DNA of 64,000 bases from Diadema antillarum (taxonomy: Eukaryota): contig NW_027271300.1 of the NCBI RefSeq assembly GCF_040938485.1, positions 124,001-188,000 on the forward strand, given 5' to 3'. Positions 35,703 through 51,300 of this stretch are shown here, piece after piece. Below the pieces are notes generated by a model. It was given only the letters and a program-made list of their open reading frames with translations. It was not told the DNA's origin and ran no database searches. A program made the translations under genes and the position numbers. Numbering within the stretch: the first letter of the stretch is position 1; each line of letters opens with the position of its first letter.

Positions 35703-38700
35703 TGTTGTGCGGACAGTCTTGGAGGCATCAGCAGCGAGGTACACATGCTGTCACACGCACACACATGAGCACCGAATGTTTATGACTGCTGCGACCCAAC
35801 CTTGATGGCGAGCTGTGCATGAAAAGTTGCTGCTCTTTAGCAGTGTCAAAGGTACACAGGACATTTGAGATGGCTGCCTTTTTTCATTCCACAGTTCAAA
35901 AACAAAAACAAAAAACTCACAGCAAATGTATTGTCATCATCCCTCTTCCATCATGATTCCAGCATCCTGTCACCGAGTATCTTACCCCCCCCCCCCCCCA
36001 CGAGATGGAGAGCCGAGAGAAAAACATTAAGATTGCCTCCATTTTTACCACATTAAAAAAAAAAAAGATATGGGGTGCTGATGGACAACAGTGTCTTGCA
36101 TTTATTTGATAAGGATATTGGCAGCTAGAAATGTAAGAGATAGAGCCATGCCTTTTGAGCCTCCTGCACATTAAAATCGAGCTAGGAATCCAGGCATGTA
36201 TGCAAATTTCATGTTTGTCTGAGCGCGGGGAAAAGGGACAATTCCTTCCTTTTTGGTTTACTATTTCACACATTTTCTAATGAGATAAAATATGTAGTGA
36301 TAGGTCTGTGATTTTGACTGTTAATGATGGCAAGGACCTTATGATCAAAGTAGTTGTTGGGGTTTATATAATATGATTTGGGAAAGGTACATGTATAATT
36401 TATTCTGTTGTGTTTTTTTTTTTTTTTTTTTTTGCACTGTATAGTCTCAGACAAGTTAAAAGTGAAAAAATGAGTATAAAATGCTTAGTGCAAGTCAAAA
36501 CCCAGCAGTGTCTAAGATTAGTGAATCTTTGTGGATCATTCACCCCTTGTCCATTAGTGATACATCCATATTCATTACACATGACTTTCCCATTATACAA
36601 ACACACACACATTTATATTGAGATAGACAGGAATATATGCACAAAGACAAACAGACAGACAGACACACCAAGACATACACAGCATAACATATCCCCTACT
36701 CTCTATGCTGTAGTCACATTCCCTCTCATTTTCTAAGAAATGTCCATTCAAAAAGTTTCAGAAGCCAGGGTATCAACAAGATATGATCTGCAGATTGGAT
36801 CTATAGAAGAGCAAGATATTTATTGGAAGCATTAAACAGAAATACATGCACGCTGAGTATTTCTAAGGATGGCAAAACTGAGTACTGTCACAATTCACCA
36901 TACAATTCAGGTTTAAACAGCAGGTTGCACTCCAGATTTAATGTTGTCTTTGCCATTAGAAACCCCCTGCATGCAGTGCCAATAGCGTTTTTAGCCCATC
37001 AGCCTGAGAGGGTTTAGTAACCAGGGCCCAGTTCCATGATAAGATGTATTCAAACATAAGTTAGTAAATCAAATGTAAGTCAGGCATCAACCACTCAGAA
37101 TAGAGTATTCAGAGACTTGTGTTTGATTTTTCTAACTTTCAATAAGTATGATCTCAAATTTTATGCAACAGGGAGCAGGATCCAGTTTGATTATAGAATC
37201 ACTACAGTGCGTGACGTGAGCATTCACCTTGACTTCATTCCGTTCCTTTCAGCCTTCACCATTGATTGAAATGTTAAAAGGCAATGCATTGATCTGATGG
37301 CCCCTCCCTCCCTGAAGTGTGACCATTCCATCATGTAGGGATTTGCCTGGAGCGTGCTCGATATTTTTGTTGTTGTTGTTTTTTTCTCCCTATCTCCTTT
37401 TTGATCACCACAAACCAGCAGATTGTGTTAACCGAAACAAAGACTCTTCATTTCAGCCTTCGTTTTCTAAATAGGATGAATAATGAGTTTGTTACGGTTA
37501 GAGTTTTAAGACCCTGAAGCGCTTAATCACTCTCCTGCACACAAGTGTTCCTGCCTCTTCCCTTTTGAAAAATATCTAGATTGAGCTGTTCTTGATAAAG
37601 AGTTATTTTTAAGAGAAGGTCGTAAAACAAATCACGATCAATAAAGATCATAACAAATTTGGAAAGATAATCATCTTGTGACAGTCCTCGACAATTCGAG
37701 TGCGGTGAATCATCAATCAGCGCATCATATGAAGACTGCAAGAACTGTGCCGGTCATGTGACTAGCTTCGCTCCTCTAAGGATACCCTCGCATGTTTCAG
37801 TCACAAGGAAAAATCAACTGATTTTCTGTTTTCTTGAGAGAAATGTGTTTTTCATACATCCTCTCTGAACTAACTTCCAAGATGCTTATATTCTTCAACA
37901 TTTTAAAAGGAAAGAAGGAAGTCAGCCCATTTATGTTGATACAGGGAAATTTAACAATTTAAAAAAGAAGGGGGGGGGTGATTGGGGCAATACAAAATCA
38001 CTTTTTCCCACTTGCCCATCTGGGCATGTGGGCGAATGGCCAAAACATTCAACAGGCAAATTCCCATTCATTCTACTTGCCTAGCAGTGGATTTGTAGTG
38101 CATAGCAACTCAATCCTGTCCTCAGTCCACTGCACTATACATTATCAGTCCACAGACGAAAATAAATCATGGGCTGAGTTTATGGATTGAACTGATTTCT
38201 CTCTAAATTACTGTTCAAAATTGTAATGATATTTTTGGAAAAAAAAAGTGGACAAAATTTGTTGTTTTTTGGATTAATCATATTAAACATATCGTAACAG
38301 GGATGAATTGACATTGGAATCGGTATTGCAGAGTGCTAAAATTGGGCCAGCATGATAGCAGTGAGTGGTACATTTAAAGAATACAAGATGCTGCTATACA
38401 ATGCCATAAGCCGGGGTATGACTGTACCCTGGATTATGGAGTCCCAAGTCATATCTGGTCATGGCTCTCATATCATTTGGGTCTTTTTTACTTGTTGTGA
38501 ACCTCCCATTTGCTGAACCATTTCAGAATGAATACATAATACCACTTTCTCAGCTGAGGCAACTATTCCACTATGTGCCAGTATGGTTGAGGCTAGAAGT
38601 AAACAGCAATCCATCAAATGGATCTACCAGCGTTTTATCAGGAGACAGCATCTTATTTCATAATGGATTTCATGCATGTACACCCTCCCCCCCCCCCCCT

Positions 38701-41700
38701 TCAATTTTCAGAATCAGCCACATATAGATATGTCTGTTTACTCATGAAGACATGTGAAGATGTAGGATTCCATGAAATCTCACATTTTTTGCTGCCGGCA
38801 TTTATTTCCATTTGGCCCACATTTTACAAGCATATGTTCTCATCATTGGTTATGGCCTATTTCTCTCCTACTTTTGATCTTTACACTCAATATGGATTTT
38901 GACTACCTATTCGCTTTCCTCTTCATGTGTAAAGATTTATATGCTCTAATTCTTTCAGCCTGTGTACCCCCCCCCCCCTTTTCAAGTTGATTTCCTCAGT
39001 TTTTCAACAATAAGCTCAGAAGTTGCCATCGCCTCGAGTTTTGAAAGCAAAATACATGATACACATACGTCCTTAAAGATCCGGGTGACACACACTTTAG
39101 TAATTGTATTGTCACAGAGAATACGACTAGCTGAACTGAAGTGGTGATTCTTCTGCCTTATTCTTTCCTTTTTGGCAAGAATGGCGACATTGTGAATAAT
39201 CTGCCGTGATCTTGCACCCAGTTTGATTGGTATCATGAAACTCATTAAAGCAATACAAAGAGAAAGATATATCTCTCCCCCTCTTCCACTTCTTCTTATA
39301 TGGTTGTGTGTACGTGTGTGTGCACATTTAATCTCTAAACCTTTGTGCTTTGGCAACTGTGGGGGTCTGAAATGGAATAATAGTCTCATACAGTTTGTAG
39401 ATAATGTGGGATATTTTGAGGGTTATCAATTGACAATGAAGTCTGACGTCAATCAGAATGAGATTAATGAATTAAAGAGTATTAAACTATGACAGCGGTC
39501 TTAGAATCAGACATGCATTAGAAAATCCCAACTGAGAGGAAGTGTTAAGATCAAGTGGAAATGAAATGCAATGAGTGTCGACGTGCAGTGCATCCTCCCC
39601 TTGCGATAAATTTTGAGAAAGGGCAAAAGTGATACCCAAACTTTGGCGGATTTCTGCAGTGGCCAGGCATAGATATATATGCTTTAGTTGGTAATCAAAT
39701 TTGGAATCATCTTGCTTCAGGAGAAAGGAGGAGATAGGATAGTGTTTGGCTCTGCACCATTCCATGTGACTCCACAGACGTTCTGTCAATCCCCTCTCCT
39801 CTACCCGCCCCCCCCCCCCCCACCATATCCAACATGTCAAACTCAATAGAGCCCACCTCTGACGCTCCTCCCCGCCGGTGCTAGCTAGGGCTGCTGCTGC
39901 TGCTACTGCTCCGCACCCCTGTCGCAGCAAACAGGCAGAGAGAGGATGGGGGGAAAGTAGAGTGAACCTTTTGATTAACATCTGCAGCAAAGGGAGTGTG
40001 CCCTTTCTTCTCTTACAGCAATGCTGCTTGATTGTCAAATCTTCCCTCCTGTTCTCTCCCTCCTTGCCTCTCTTTCTCTCGTTCTCTTCCTCCCCCTCTC
40101 TTCCTTCCTTTCTTTCCTCTCACCATGTTCGTTCTCTCGTCCAGTAATCTTTCCCTCGATTCTTGCTCCCCTTTTCAGGAGTTCATGGCTTTTTGCACAG
40201 TGTGTGTTTGAAGCATACCCATGTGTGATTCAGAGTCTTTAGGATCTTCTCTCATGCATTTCCTATCTTATACTTTCGACCTGGTTTTTAGCCATATGAT
40301 GTAATCAGTGAATACTAGTAGATAGATTGTTAGCCATTTAATGTGATCAATGAATATTAGTAGATAGATTGTAGCAACAAAACAAAAAAAGCTGCTGAAA
40401 ACTTTAACCAATAATGGTGAGCCAGTGGAGTAAAATGGAGTAAAAAATCAGTCATTATAAAGATGTATGTAATTGCTTTTCCTACATGTTTGTCATTTTG
40501 CCTCTAAAGATTCTGCTAGGATCGAAAGCTCAGGTCCCTTTGGACTTTAATTCTGTTCCAGTTTTGCTGGTTATGTTTACACTTTGACTTATATCATAAT
40601 ATCAGTTGAGGCAGTGAGACCAAAGTTATGGCAGTTTGTTTCATGATATTGTTTCATCACTGGAACTTGCTCGGAGCTCACAAGAATTGGCAATCAATGT
40701 TTAGAAAGTTTATTATTATTTCCCCAACATTTCATTTTGTTTATAAAAGACAATATTTTGAAGAAGTGTTTATTTGGAGGACTTCAGTTAATGCAAGGTT
40801 TAAAAAAAAACAAAGTATAATGGCCTTCACAGAAAATGATTGCTGGGGTATGAAAGACTTTGTTTCAAGTTCATAACTTAAAGAGTACTTAAATTTTTTT
40901 TTTTTTAAATTTTGATTGTCATATCATAAGATGGAGTCTTTTTAAGGGAATTTTAATGCAGCTTTTAAGGAAGAGTCTTTGTAGCTTTCAGTCATGGCTT
41001 TACTTCAGCGTCACATTATAATATCCAATATCTAGATGAAGGCATTGAGCTTTGTTTATAAGGCTTGTGTGATGCAACATTCTAGTACGTAGCAACTTTC
41101 ATTTTCAACAAATTATAGAAAGTACAGATTTTAAGGCATTTCTTTCTTCTTCTTTTTTTTTTGCCTATGGAAAAGTCAATATATTTTGAGAGTTATCCGT
41201 GAGCTGCAGCGTCCAGATGGAGCTCTGTCATATCAGTTACGAGTATTGATGCGCCATGCAGATTTTGCGCAAAGCTCCAGCAGTGACTCGCAAACTGTGC
41301 ATCCCGGGGGGAAAAAAATAGAAAACATACATTGTACAGTTTGATGTACTCTAGTCCCAGTATAATTTATTAGATTACTAAGAAACATTATCCCTTCCAT
41401 TTCGTCTCTGAACGCTGCAGCCATCTCTGCATGCGATACATTGCATGGCGTTGGGTTGCACATAATTTCACTGTCTTCCCTCCAGCAGTTCCATATCATT
41501 TCAGCATTATGACAATAACCGCTGGCTTTCTTAATCAGCATGCGCATGTACAATCCTTTCCTCCTGACAGGAGCATACAGTGTTCCCCCTACTCCCCCCT
41601 CCCCCCCCCCCCCCCCTCAAAGCAGGCTTGTCGTTAGTGCTTTAGGTAATATTCCTCTTTTCTCTATGTAGCTGTACTCTGGGATGAAGCACAATATATA

Positions 41701-44700
41701 TACAATTGGCTCTTTTCATTTGGAGTCTATTTGTACTGCCATTCATTCATTGTTCACGCTCTTTTCCCCGGGCTCATGTTGACAGTGAGCGCTCCGCCCT
41801 CCTTGCGTTGCGAGCTCATCCCTCACTTTGTGTCGCTCCTGGTTTCTGTCTTTTTTTTCCATTCTCTCTCTATCTCTGTTTTCAATCTCTCACTATAATA
41901 TATCTCTCTTTTCACTGTCTTTACCCCCCAGTATATCTTCCGTATTTATGCAGCCATTGAAAACATTAGACAACAACCTCTTCATCTTTGGCCACGAATC
42001 CTGCTCGAGTGCTCTTGAATCGTCATTGTCCAGCAAAGTGAAATCATTGGGCTCTCTTTGCTCCTGTCAAAGTAGTGCTGTATCTACACTACACAAGACA
42101 GGATCAGGATGGTATTGAAGGCAGAGGGGGGGGGGGGGGGGGATGAGAAAGGAAAGAAATATATTCTCGGAAGGACGATTCCATGCCACTGCCTTTGTAG
42201 GCCAGGCCTTCATCATGCCATGACAACATCCACCACAATCACTTCGAAATCTTTATGATAATATTCATTCCCATTTATAGCAAGTCATTTGCTGATCTCT
42301 GCACCGTGATTGCAGTACAGTCCATCCTGCATCAGTTCACTGCAGCACAGATGATGATATAAAATAACAAATTAAAAAAAAAAATGTGATCGATCTTCCG
42401 TTTCCTGATGATCATATGTAGCCTGACGGTAGCAAAGACAGGAAGCCTGTTGATTGTGGTAGAAATGTGTGGAACTAAGCACTGAGGAAAAACAAAAATC
42501 TCCATAAAGTTCAAATGCAGATTCCTATTCTACATAGATTTTCTCTTTTAGGAAATCTGTTCCCTTATCCATATACACAATCAGGTTATACTAGCGAATG
42601 AATGTGCTGGTGTGTGAACTCTTCAGCCATAATTATATTGTATTTTTACTGTGAGAGATGTGGCCACTTTATCTCAAGGAGATCAAAATAAGCTGTGTAC
42701 AGTCAATGAAAGCAATGCTGAATTGACTAGATGTCTCTTTTTTTTTAATGCTTTAAAGGAGATGACAGTTTGAGGTGCCATGTCAAACATACTGCCACGG
42801 TATACATATTTCTATATGCTGTTAATTTGTCTCATGTGGAATCTGGTGGGTTCTCCTGAGGGCGTCCTAAGGGCGACTTGATGCTCTCTATTATTTCTTA
42901 AGGCTGTTTTTCAAATAATGTACCATTGCATATGTACAACATTCTTATTGACTTTATTCTATGCTTCTTTGCTTTGATTTTCTACAATTCGTTGACTTAA
43001 TTATCTATTATTATTCGTTATTAGTAGTATTTTTATTATCTTGAATTTTGTTGTGATGTTTTTGTAATCCTGTTAATTTGATCAATAAAAACTCAATGAA
43101 AAAAAAAAAAAAAACCATACTGCCACGCCAGGTGTTAAAACAGTGTTCTGGAAATTGGAAGAGGTGGGCTGATGCATGCACTTCAAATTGCCTTCTCTTC
43201 CAAAAACACCTTACAAACTCTAATCTGAAGTTAGTCGTAAAAAAACATAACAAAACAAAACAAAACAAAAAACCTGAAGAGGGAGTGGATTTTGTTATTT
43301 CATGGTGAATGAGGAAAAGATGCCTCAACCCTTTCAAGAAAAGTCAAGGAAGGAAAAACTATTTATGACACCGCTTATTTCTCCATGCCAAATTAGGATA
43401 CAGTCGTATTGCTCACAGATCTGACTGATTTTTGTTTTTGTTTTTTTGTGGTACATAAAAAAGTAAGACAGATTTACAGTTGAGAACATTATGTTGAACA
43501 TAGATTTTCATCTTTTATGTGACATGCAGTATGAATTCTCACAATACAGCCTGGGAAAAATCAAACTGGGAAAGAAAAAGGAAGGAATTTTGTTGTTCGC
43601 TCATACCTTCCTTTGTTATTTCTCAAGCACTGAAATTCAAACAATAGCTTATTTGCTAAAGAGGTTTTCTCCTTTTTCCTTTAAAAAAATGATAAAAATA
43701 GATCAAGAGGTACAACCCTGGAACAAGTTTTGTGCACAGCAGTGTCAAGAATAATTTCTGCCCATTCAGAAGGAAACCGTTGCTCCCCAGAACCCCACCT
43801 ATCACCGGAGCAATAGGTTGCAAAAATGTAAATAGGCACTTAATCCCCCTATTATGTTTGCTATCTCAACCGAAGTTACCAATGTAGTTAACCTCACATA
43901 GGCACTGTTCATGATTCTCATCAGCATGGCCATGCTCTGTTGATGCTGCATGCACCTGTATGCAATTCTTCATGTTAAATGCTCTGGCATGAAACATTGG
44001 ATACTTTAGCAAGCCATCCTGATCCCCCCACCCACCCCCGCCATGATATCTGTACATTTATATCTTATGTATATAGATAGATCGATATGAATACGTACCA
44101 CAAATGTCTGGATAGACATTTTCATGAATATCAGTTTTTGTTGGCAATAAAGGTACTCTAGTCTGTGCAGTGTCAGTTTGTGTAGCCAATGTCATCCTTT
44201 GGAATAGAGTAAACCAAGCAGTTGGTATAGCAAGTGGATAAAGATAATATCTATTTCTCGTCCCTTTTTCTCTACCCTTACTTGTACATCTGTTTCTTTT
44301 TATCTTTGGGTTGTTGTTGTTGTTTTTTGTGCAAATATCTGTGTAGGGATAATACTGTAAATCGCCCACCATGTCCATCAAGCCTTACAAGGGCACTCTG
44401 TCCATTGGCTGAGTACACCCAGTAATCCTGTTGGCCAGCTATTGGATGACCACAGCGTCCTAGAATCGGGCTATTCAGCATGGTTGCCCTGGACGTGAAG
44501 TGAGAGCACCCTGGGTTGCAGCTTGAATTTCTAGTAGCCCAAATCCTGGCAAGCTCGAGCCTGCTGTAGCATGCTTTCAATCAGTCCCCTACACCATCCG
44601 TTGGCATGGCTTCCCTTCCACTTTCACACTTGGTTAGCCAGTATTTGTCAGTAGTGCACATAAGGCATTTACATGTTGTCATGGCAACAACACAACATAG

Positions 44701-47518
44701 TTTGACTTCATGGTAGAGAACGTATGTACACATTTATTTTTGTTTTCTTATGATTTATTTATTTATTCATTTGATGATTGTAACAGCTGCCATCCACAAT
44801 CCTAAGTGTTGATTTTGGTGCATATTTTGAGTAATATTTGGTAATAGTGGGTAATCTTTCTAACAGACTCAATTTATTTGTTGTTATGGGTAGGAGGGTC
44901 GCTCTGTAGATAACAACATGCCTACCTGTACTACATGTTGGATTCCTGTCTCCCAGTGTGGCTAAATTTGCTGCTAACTCCTTTAAACATTTATTTGACC
45001 ATCTCATTCCAATCTACATGTATGTGGCAATAACCCTCTCTAGACCACCAAAGCAAGATGCCATTGACATTGTACGTAACAGATCGCTGAAAGCACTGAC
45101 GGAGTTACACTGCATCACTGAATAGATTGATAGCATGCCATGTCACTGTATAGTGGCAGTGTATGTTGTTTGGGTAGCAGTGTGTGTTTGACATCAGCAG
45201 TAGCCCCCAACTGTCCAGTACACATTGCACTGGGTGTGAATCTTACCCTCGATGTGATTGCGATTGGGCTGAATGTCCAAGCGCCCGTCATTAAGCCGTT
45301 ACTGTGGAGATCAATACGCAAGAGAAGTCCAGTTCGGCTTTGAAAGGGATACCACTATGCGGCGAGTGATCAATATGGACAATAGGAAGAGACTGTGTGT
45401 TGGGATTTACATGCCGGACATTGAGTGTCACAGAGGCCCTCCATCCCCCCCCCCCCCCTCAAAAAAAGGGGGAGGGGATTATTTGGGATATACACAGCAG
45501 TACAGTTGTATATTTATAGGATGAAAAAAGAATGACACTGACAGTGTTTGCATCATTGATATTAATCAGATGACAGGGAACTGGAAGAAAAACAGGCCAA
45601 AATATTTACCACAAAGATTAAAAGTTTGCTGAAATTAAAAGAAAAAAGGAAGATATATTTCAAATGATTTCTTTTTTTTATCAATTAAAGAAAAGGAAGT
45701 GGGCATATGTAAAATGTCTTTTCATTTCTAATTTTTTGGTCTTCTGTATGTTTTTACAGAGTTTATATTTCAACTGAACTGTATAACTTCATCAGACATG
45801 ATATACTTTATACAGAACAGTTGAAAATAAGGGGAATGTGTATATAACAGTTATCGCTGTAGCTATGCAATGATACCTGATAGCTTTGTACAGGCACTGA
45901 ACACCTAGCTTACTTCAAACATTTGGGTCTGGCTGTGTATCTGTCTCAAATTTCTCAGGACTTGCGCTTGTGCTTGTAGTTTATAATTTGTGATTGTGTG
46001 CCTTTAAACACACGCATACACACAAAATCGTCTAACAGTGGTATGAAGTTTTGATTCATTGTCGTGAAGAAAGAACTGAACAAATAGACAATGTTTGCTC
46101 ATCTATATGTTCAGAAATACATCATGTTCAAACATCTGTCATGGCCCCACCATACATGAACAGTGCCCAGGCATCTGTTCAACTCTTTTTCGTTGTTGTT
46201 GCTTTTCTGTCTAGACGATGTCCCAGGTAGAGTGATTACAAATCGCTTGAAAGTCGAGTCCAGTTGATAGTGTTCAGACGAGGCCATCTGACGAGAAAGG
46301 AACAATACGTGCTAGTTTTGCAAAAGTGAAATACTGGCACAAAGGGATCCAGGCTGGTTCTGTCACTGTAGCACCATGATGTCAGTCTGTCTTCACAAAA
46401 TGAACCAGGCGTGTATTTGCGTTTCAGGCTCCAATTTGCAGGCTGCAGCAACCATTCCAGGGCAGCGCAAAATTTGCTGTGATCAAACCTCAAAAGGCAG
46501 TTACAGAGACAGGTTTATGAGAGGATCAAACGTGTTGGCTGGTATAGTTTCCACATTCTTAATTCAGAGGGGGGCCATTCACCCCCTTCTTCCCCCCCCC
46601 CCCCCCCCCCAAAAAAAAAAAAAAAAAAAAAGGATCAAGATGCACTTATTTTGCACCCTGGGATCAGGTACTTCCTGAATTAACTGTGTTTGTATCACAT
46701 TGCAGAAATTGATCATTGAAAATGATTAATTTTGGGTACATGTGTTAACTGGCCTCTTGTCATGCAGCCTCCTACACAAAGATAATTTTATTAAATAAGA
46801 AGATGTATCCTGACCAAAAGCAATATGAACACTTCTTGAAAAAAAAAAACCAACAACAAAAATGTGCAACAGTACAGTAAACTGTTTCTGAACTCTGTTT
46901 CAATGTCATGTTTCTGTAGTACTATTATGTGGAATGTTGCTTTAAATTATATACCACATTTGGAATGCTGACAGAGAGATACAATGTATTTCTATTGTTG
47001 TTGCCAACTGGTCGTGTCTAGGTGTATATTCTAACGGTGTTCTACCAGGTGTATACAGTAAAACGTGTATCGGCCCAACTGCCTGTGGCATGCATTGTAG
47101 AAGTGTGTTTGAAAGCAAATTTTCAACAGACACTCTTGCAGTGGGTGTGCTTGCATAAGCTGAAGGTGTGCAGCGTCTTTGAGTATTTCATTATCGTGAG
47201 TTCTTTTCAGGCCCCGTGCGGTCATCACGGTGGTTTGACCCAAAATGAAAGAAGAATTGATTTTTATTTGGAATGACCACTGCAACTAGCTCGCGGCTCT
47301 CTTGACGTGAATGGGTTGTTTTTGAAGGGATCAATTTTGGTAAACAATCCAAACAGGCCTTGGAGTTTTCAATGGAAGTCTGACATTCAAGTTATGGATC
47401 ATAAAACTTTGATTAGGGCACCTTGTACAATATCTCAAGCAAAGCCCCCCCCCCCCCCCCCCCCCGAAGAATACTAGTAGGTCTACAGGTAGAGCAGTAG
47501 GTTTCCTTCCCCTCCTCC

Positions 47519-47519
<1 letters not shown>

Positions 47520-47549
<30 letters not shown>
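47520..47549 (+). repeat. (TG)n microsatellite
   Basis: 15 perfect units. Confidence 0.97.
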
Positions 47550-47550
<1 letters not shown>

Positions 47551-48024
47551 ATGTTTCTTTCTTTCTGTACTTCATTCCTACCTTGAGGCACTCCTACCTT
47601 GAGGTAGCCACAAATTCACAGTGCATCAAGGTAGAGTATATTGCTGTACATTGAGTGGAGTAAACATCCTTATCTGCCTTGTTTGTTTGTTGTGTGTGTG
47701 TGTGTGTGTGTTTGTGTTTGTGGTATAATGTGGATAGTTATGCCTTTGTACATCTGTACAACAATTGCCTATTCTGCCATAGGCCATTAGTTTTTAGTGG
47801 CGACTACTCAAATGATTGTCAATTTAAGACTGGTACACATCCACTACACATCGTAATGGAGGGACAAAGGCTTCTTTTTATCCAAAGAAAAAAGAAAAAA
47901 AAATGATTCAAAATGGCTGCTGATCAGTCATTGAACCTTCTGCAGGGGAAGAACCTTCTGCAAAAGTGCGGTTTGGACAAACCCAAGCTGAAATATGATA
48001 ATGAAAAAGAAAACCCAGAGAATA

Positions 48025-48375
48025 ATAGTTTTAGTTGAGATGGGGCTTCAGGTTTCCAACTTTTTTGTGAGATAATGAGAGACCTCTTAAATGAAGGTAT
48101 ATGAAAGATCATAGAATTCTAAGAGGAATTCAAAGTTTATCTGATGAAAATTGGTTTGAAATGGCTGTGGTGTAATAAAAGCTGCACTTTATTTTACTTT
48201 GTTTTTAGATATCTCAGCAGTTTTAAAGCTGACTTTCATTCAAAAAACTTTGAATTCCATGTAGAATTCTATATGTGCCATTAATATTTCATGAAGTGCT
48301 TTCTAATTATCATGAAAAAAGTTTAATTGAAATCCCCTATCTCAACCAAAACTATACATTGTACCATCCCTTTAA
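48025..48375. mobile_element. Kolobok-like palindromic element, copy 1 (left end eroded)
   Basis: ATAGTTTTAGTTGAGATGGGG pairs with CCCCTATCTCAACCAAAACTAT, and the element ends in CCCTTTAA. There is an inner gaattcaaagttt / aaactttgaattc inversion. It is colinear with 60594-60950. Confidence 0.75.
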
Positions 48376-51300
48376 TCAAATGGCTGGTTGAAATGTTTGA
48401 ACCACTAACTAATTGTGCTTCAAAGAAATAGCAAAACTTGAATCTGGTGGTAGCAGTCCTGCTTGTTTGCATTATGCTTACATAGATCTTTACATGTGGG
48501 ACTGGGGCATAGAGATTTCATGGGGCATCTGTTTATTCCGTGCTCTTTTCTGGTGATTATTTGTTTGCCGCCCGAAATGTCAGGTTGCATGTGATTATGC
48601 AGTCAAATCGGCTCTGGCGACATTCAAGTAATATGCATTCTGTAGAAAGTAAAATGGAGATATGTACTGAAGGCGGATGACCCTCTTGGCAGTGCATCAT
48701 GCTCTTTGTGAAATGGCTTGCGCTCGTGCGGAGCAATTTGTATGATAATTCACATGGGAACCACATCAGACTTGATGAAACCATGCCTGCCATTTATTCG
48801 CCAAGTTGCAATCTGACATTTTCAAGTTTCGTGGCAAGTGTAGGAAGTGGCTGATGCGCATTTCTCATATATGCGTGAGCTCGCTGGGAATGCGGTCTCC
48901 CAGATGGAGGTTCCCCCCACCCCCAAACCAGTGTGGGTGCTTGTGGAAGACGGGTGCAAATTTCATGCAGCACGCATCAGCTGTGATGGGTGCACGCATT
49001 GCTTTGTTTTTCTCTGCAGTACTTTGGGCCAAAGGTAGTATAGGTATAATGCAGATTGCCCAAGCATCACTTGGTGACCTACATCATACATGCCTCGTGG
49101 ACGAAGAGAAGATGGAAAGATTTGGGAGATGGAATATCGAAGGAGGAGGAGGAGGAGGGAAGACATCCCACTGATTCTGTAAATCAATAATTGGTTCCCT
49201 GCGGAGGTCGCAGGTCTACGGTGTAAGAGTAAATAGGAGAAACTAGGTTATGGGAGTGGGGAATCTGTGTCACGACCATTAATAATGGTATTTACATTAT
49301 TAAGGGGCCGAGTTCATCTGCCAAAGACCCATCCCCAACACACACACACACCCCCCCCCCCCCTCCAACTCATATTTGAGCATGATTACTCTGGTCAACA
49401 AATATTTACCTTACCTGTTTGGTTCCATGATTAGTTGTCTTTGACTCATTACTTTGATACAGACTAGACCGTTCTCCCCTGGTATTCACGATTGTGGTTT
49501 GTGCACAGAGTTTCCCCTCGGACATTTCTAGGGGCATTCCCCAATGGACCTGAAGATGTGCAACCTGCCACATTCGCCCATTGGCCCACACTTCGTTCCC
49601 AAGTATTGACCGCATTAAATCTGTGATGTAAATGGTAAGCTTAGAAACAAAGTGGACATGATCTTTGTGAAACACAATACTCTAATATATTGTATTTGAT
49701 CTACAACTGGGTTATCGTGTACAGAGATATGCTGTAGGCAATTTCTAGCCCAGTGTTTGTCTGTCTGCAGTAACTCGTTGATTGCATTTTAGCATTTCTT
49801 TGAGAGTAAGTTTGGTTATCTGTTTTATGCCATTTGGTGCCGGTGCATTAAAACATGCTAGGACTAGTATGTTTCATTTTGTGTATGATTTGCATCAGTA
49901 AATGCCTTTCACATAATGTACAGTGTGTCTTCTTTTCCCTTGCTCATTATCTGGCATCATCAGTTTGTTTGCATTGAGTCCCCAGATTTTTCAAAAATCA
50001 TATATAATGTACATTGCCTGGAGAAAGCTTTTGTTTTGCAGCAAGGAAAAGTTATGTTCAAGAAGGGTAAACAGCAGTGACAGTGCGCATAGAGCATGTA
50101 ATCAAGAAGTTTGCAGAGTTGCTGAGACCCCCCCCCCCCCTGAAAAAAAAAAGTGAACATGCCAGCTTCATGATAACCGTATGATCGAGTGTGGGCCATT
50201 GCAAATACTGTTGTTATGTCACAGTTACACACACAGAAACAAACATATGATTGATACCCACCCGACAGACGCGAACGGTTCAGATTCCCTGTAAACAGGA
50301 TCAGAGAATCATTTGCTGTGTCATGAACTTGGGGGGGGGGGGGGGGGAGGGGGATAAGCGCTGTGAACCAGAGGTGGCAGCTAGCCCGTAAACCTGTGGT
50401 GTAAGATTCCAGCATAGGCCCAGGTAGCCATTAACGTTCTGCGATAGGAGGGTTTGGTTTGGAGGGTGTGTTCTGAGTGGGAGGTACTGGGATGGCTTGA
50501 GCCCATTTATGGCGAGAGTGTTTAAATTTTAACCTGCTGCTGCGGCAAAGTTCGCCGTAGGAAGCCATTTAACCTGTCACAAGAATGACATCCGTGCCAA
50601 CCTCAACAGAACCGGTTATCAAAAATAGGTCATAGCAGAGTATCATGGCGAAAGTGCATTTTTGAGAGTTGTCTGATGTCTGATGTGTACATTGTTCCTG
50701 TCTGAGATATCACTCAGTCGGATGTATTTGCCACATTGCGTGAACAAATACGTGTGGATGACTGTTTGAACTGTCATGGATACTGCTAACATTACAAAAG
50801 ATCCCTGGCTGCTTAAAACGTCAAACAGTCACAGAGGAATGCAGTGATTTCTAGACGTGACACTAGGTAGGGCAGGTTCCTCTCCCAGACTCGAGAAGAT
50901 ACAGAGCAAATAATTACAATCATTCAAGTTTACAAATTCTAAGTTGTGCTCATTGAAAGGCAACCAAGCATTACAATGTAGTTCAATCCCTGATTTAAAA
51001 AAATAACACTCTTGAATCAATATATAGCCATGATAGCAAATATTATCAGGTTTTCGAATTGAAAATTGTCTTTGAAAATGTTGCTGATACATAGTTGCGT
51101 TGGTGTGTAGAGTTATGGGGCATTCATATAATGAAATGAATCCCCCTGCCAACTGTAAACCGTAAACGACATTTCGTGCAACAGCCATGCTTGGAACATC
51201 ATGTCCTGTCAATCAAAGAAACAACTCCCAGTATGCATGCTAGAGTGTGTGTACGTAAACATGCATGCACCATTCACGCATGTTTGAAGAGAGCGCAGTT

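Noticed and set aside
41954-42118. Phase-0 terminal-exon candidate containing KSLGSLCS
   Set aside because: It lacks the FAM53 C-terminal motif, and a better-placed AG lies upstream in another frame.
45154-45230. miR-34/449-like seed TGGCAGTGT
   Set aside because: The 3' part does not match, and the partner arm pairs poorly with an oversized loop.
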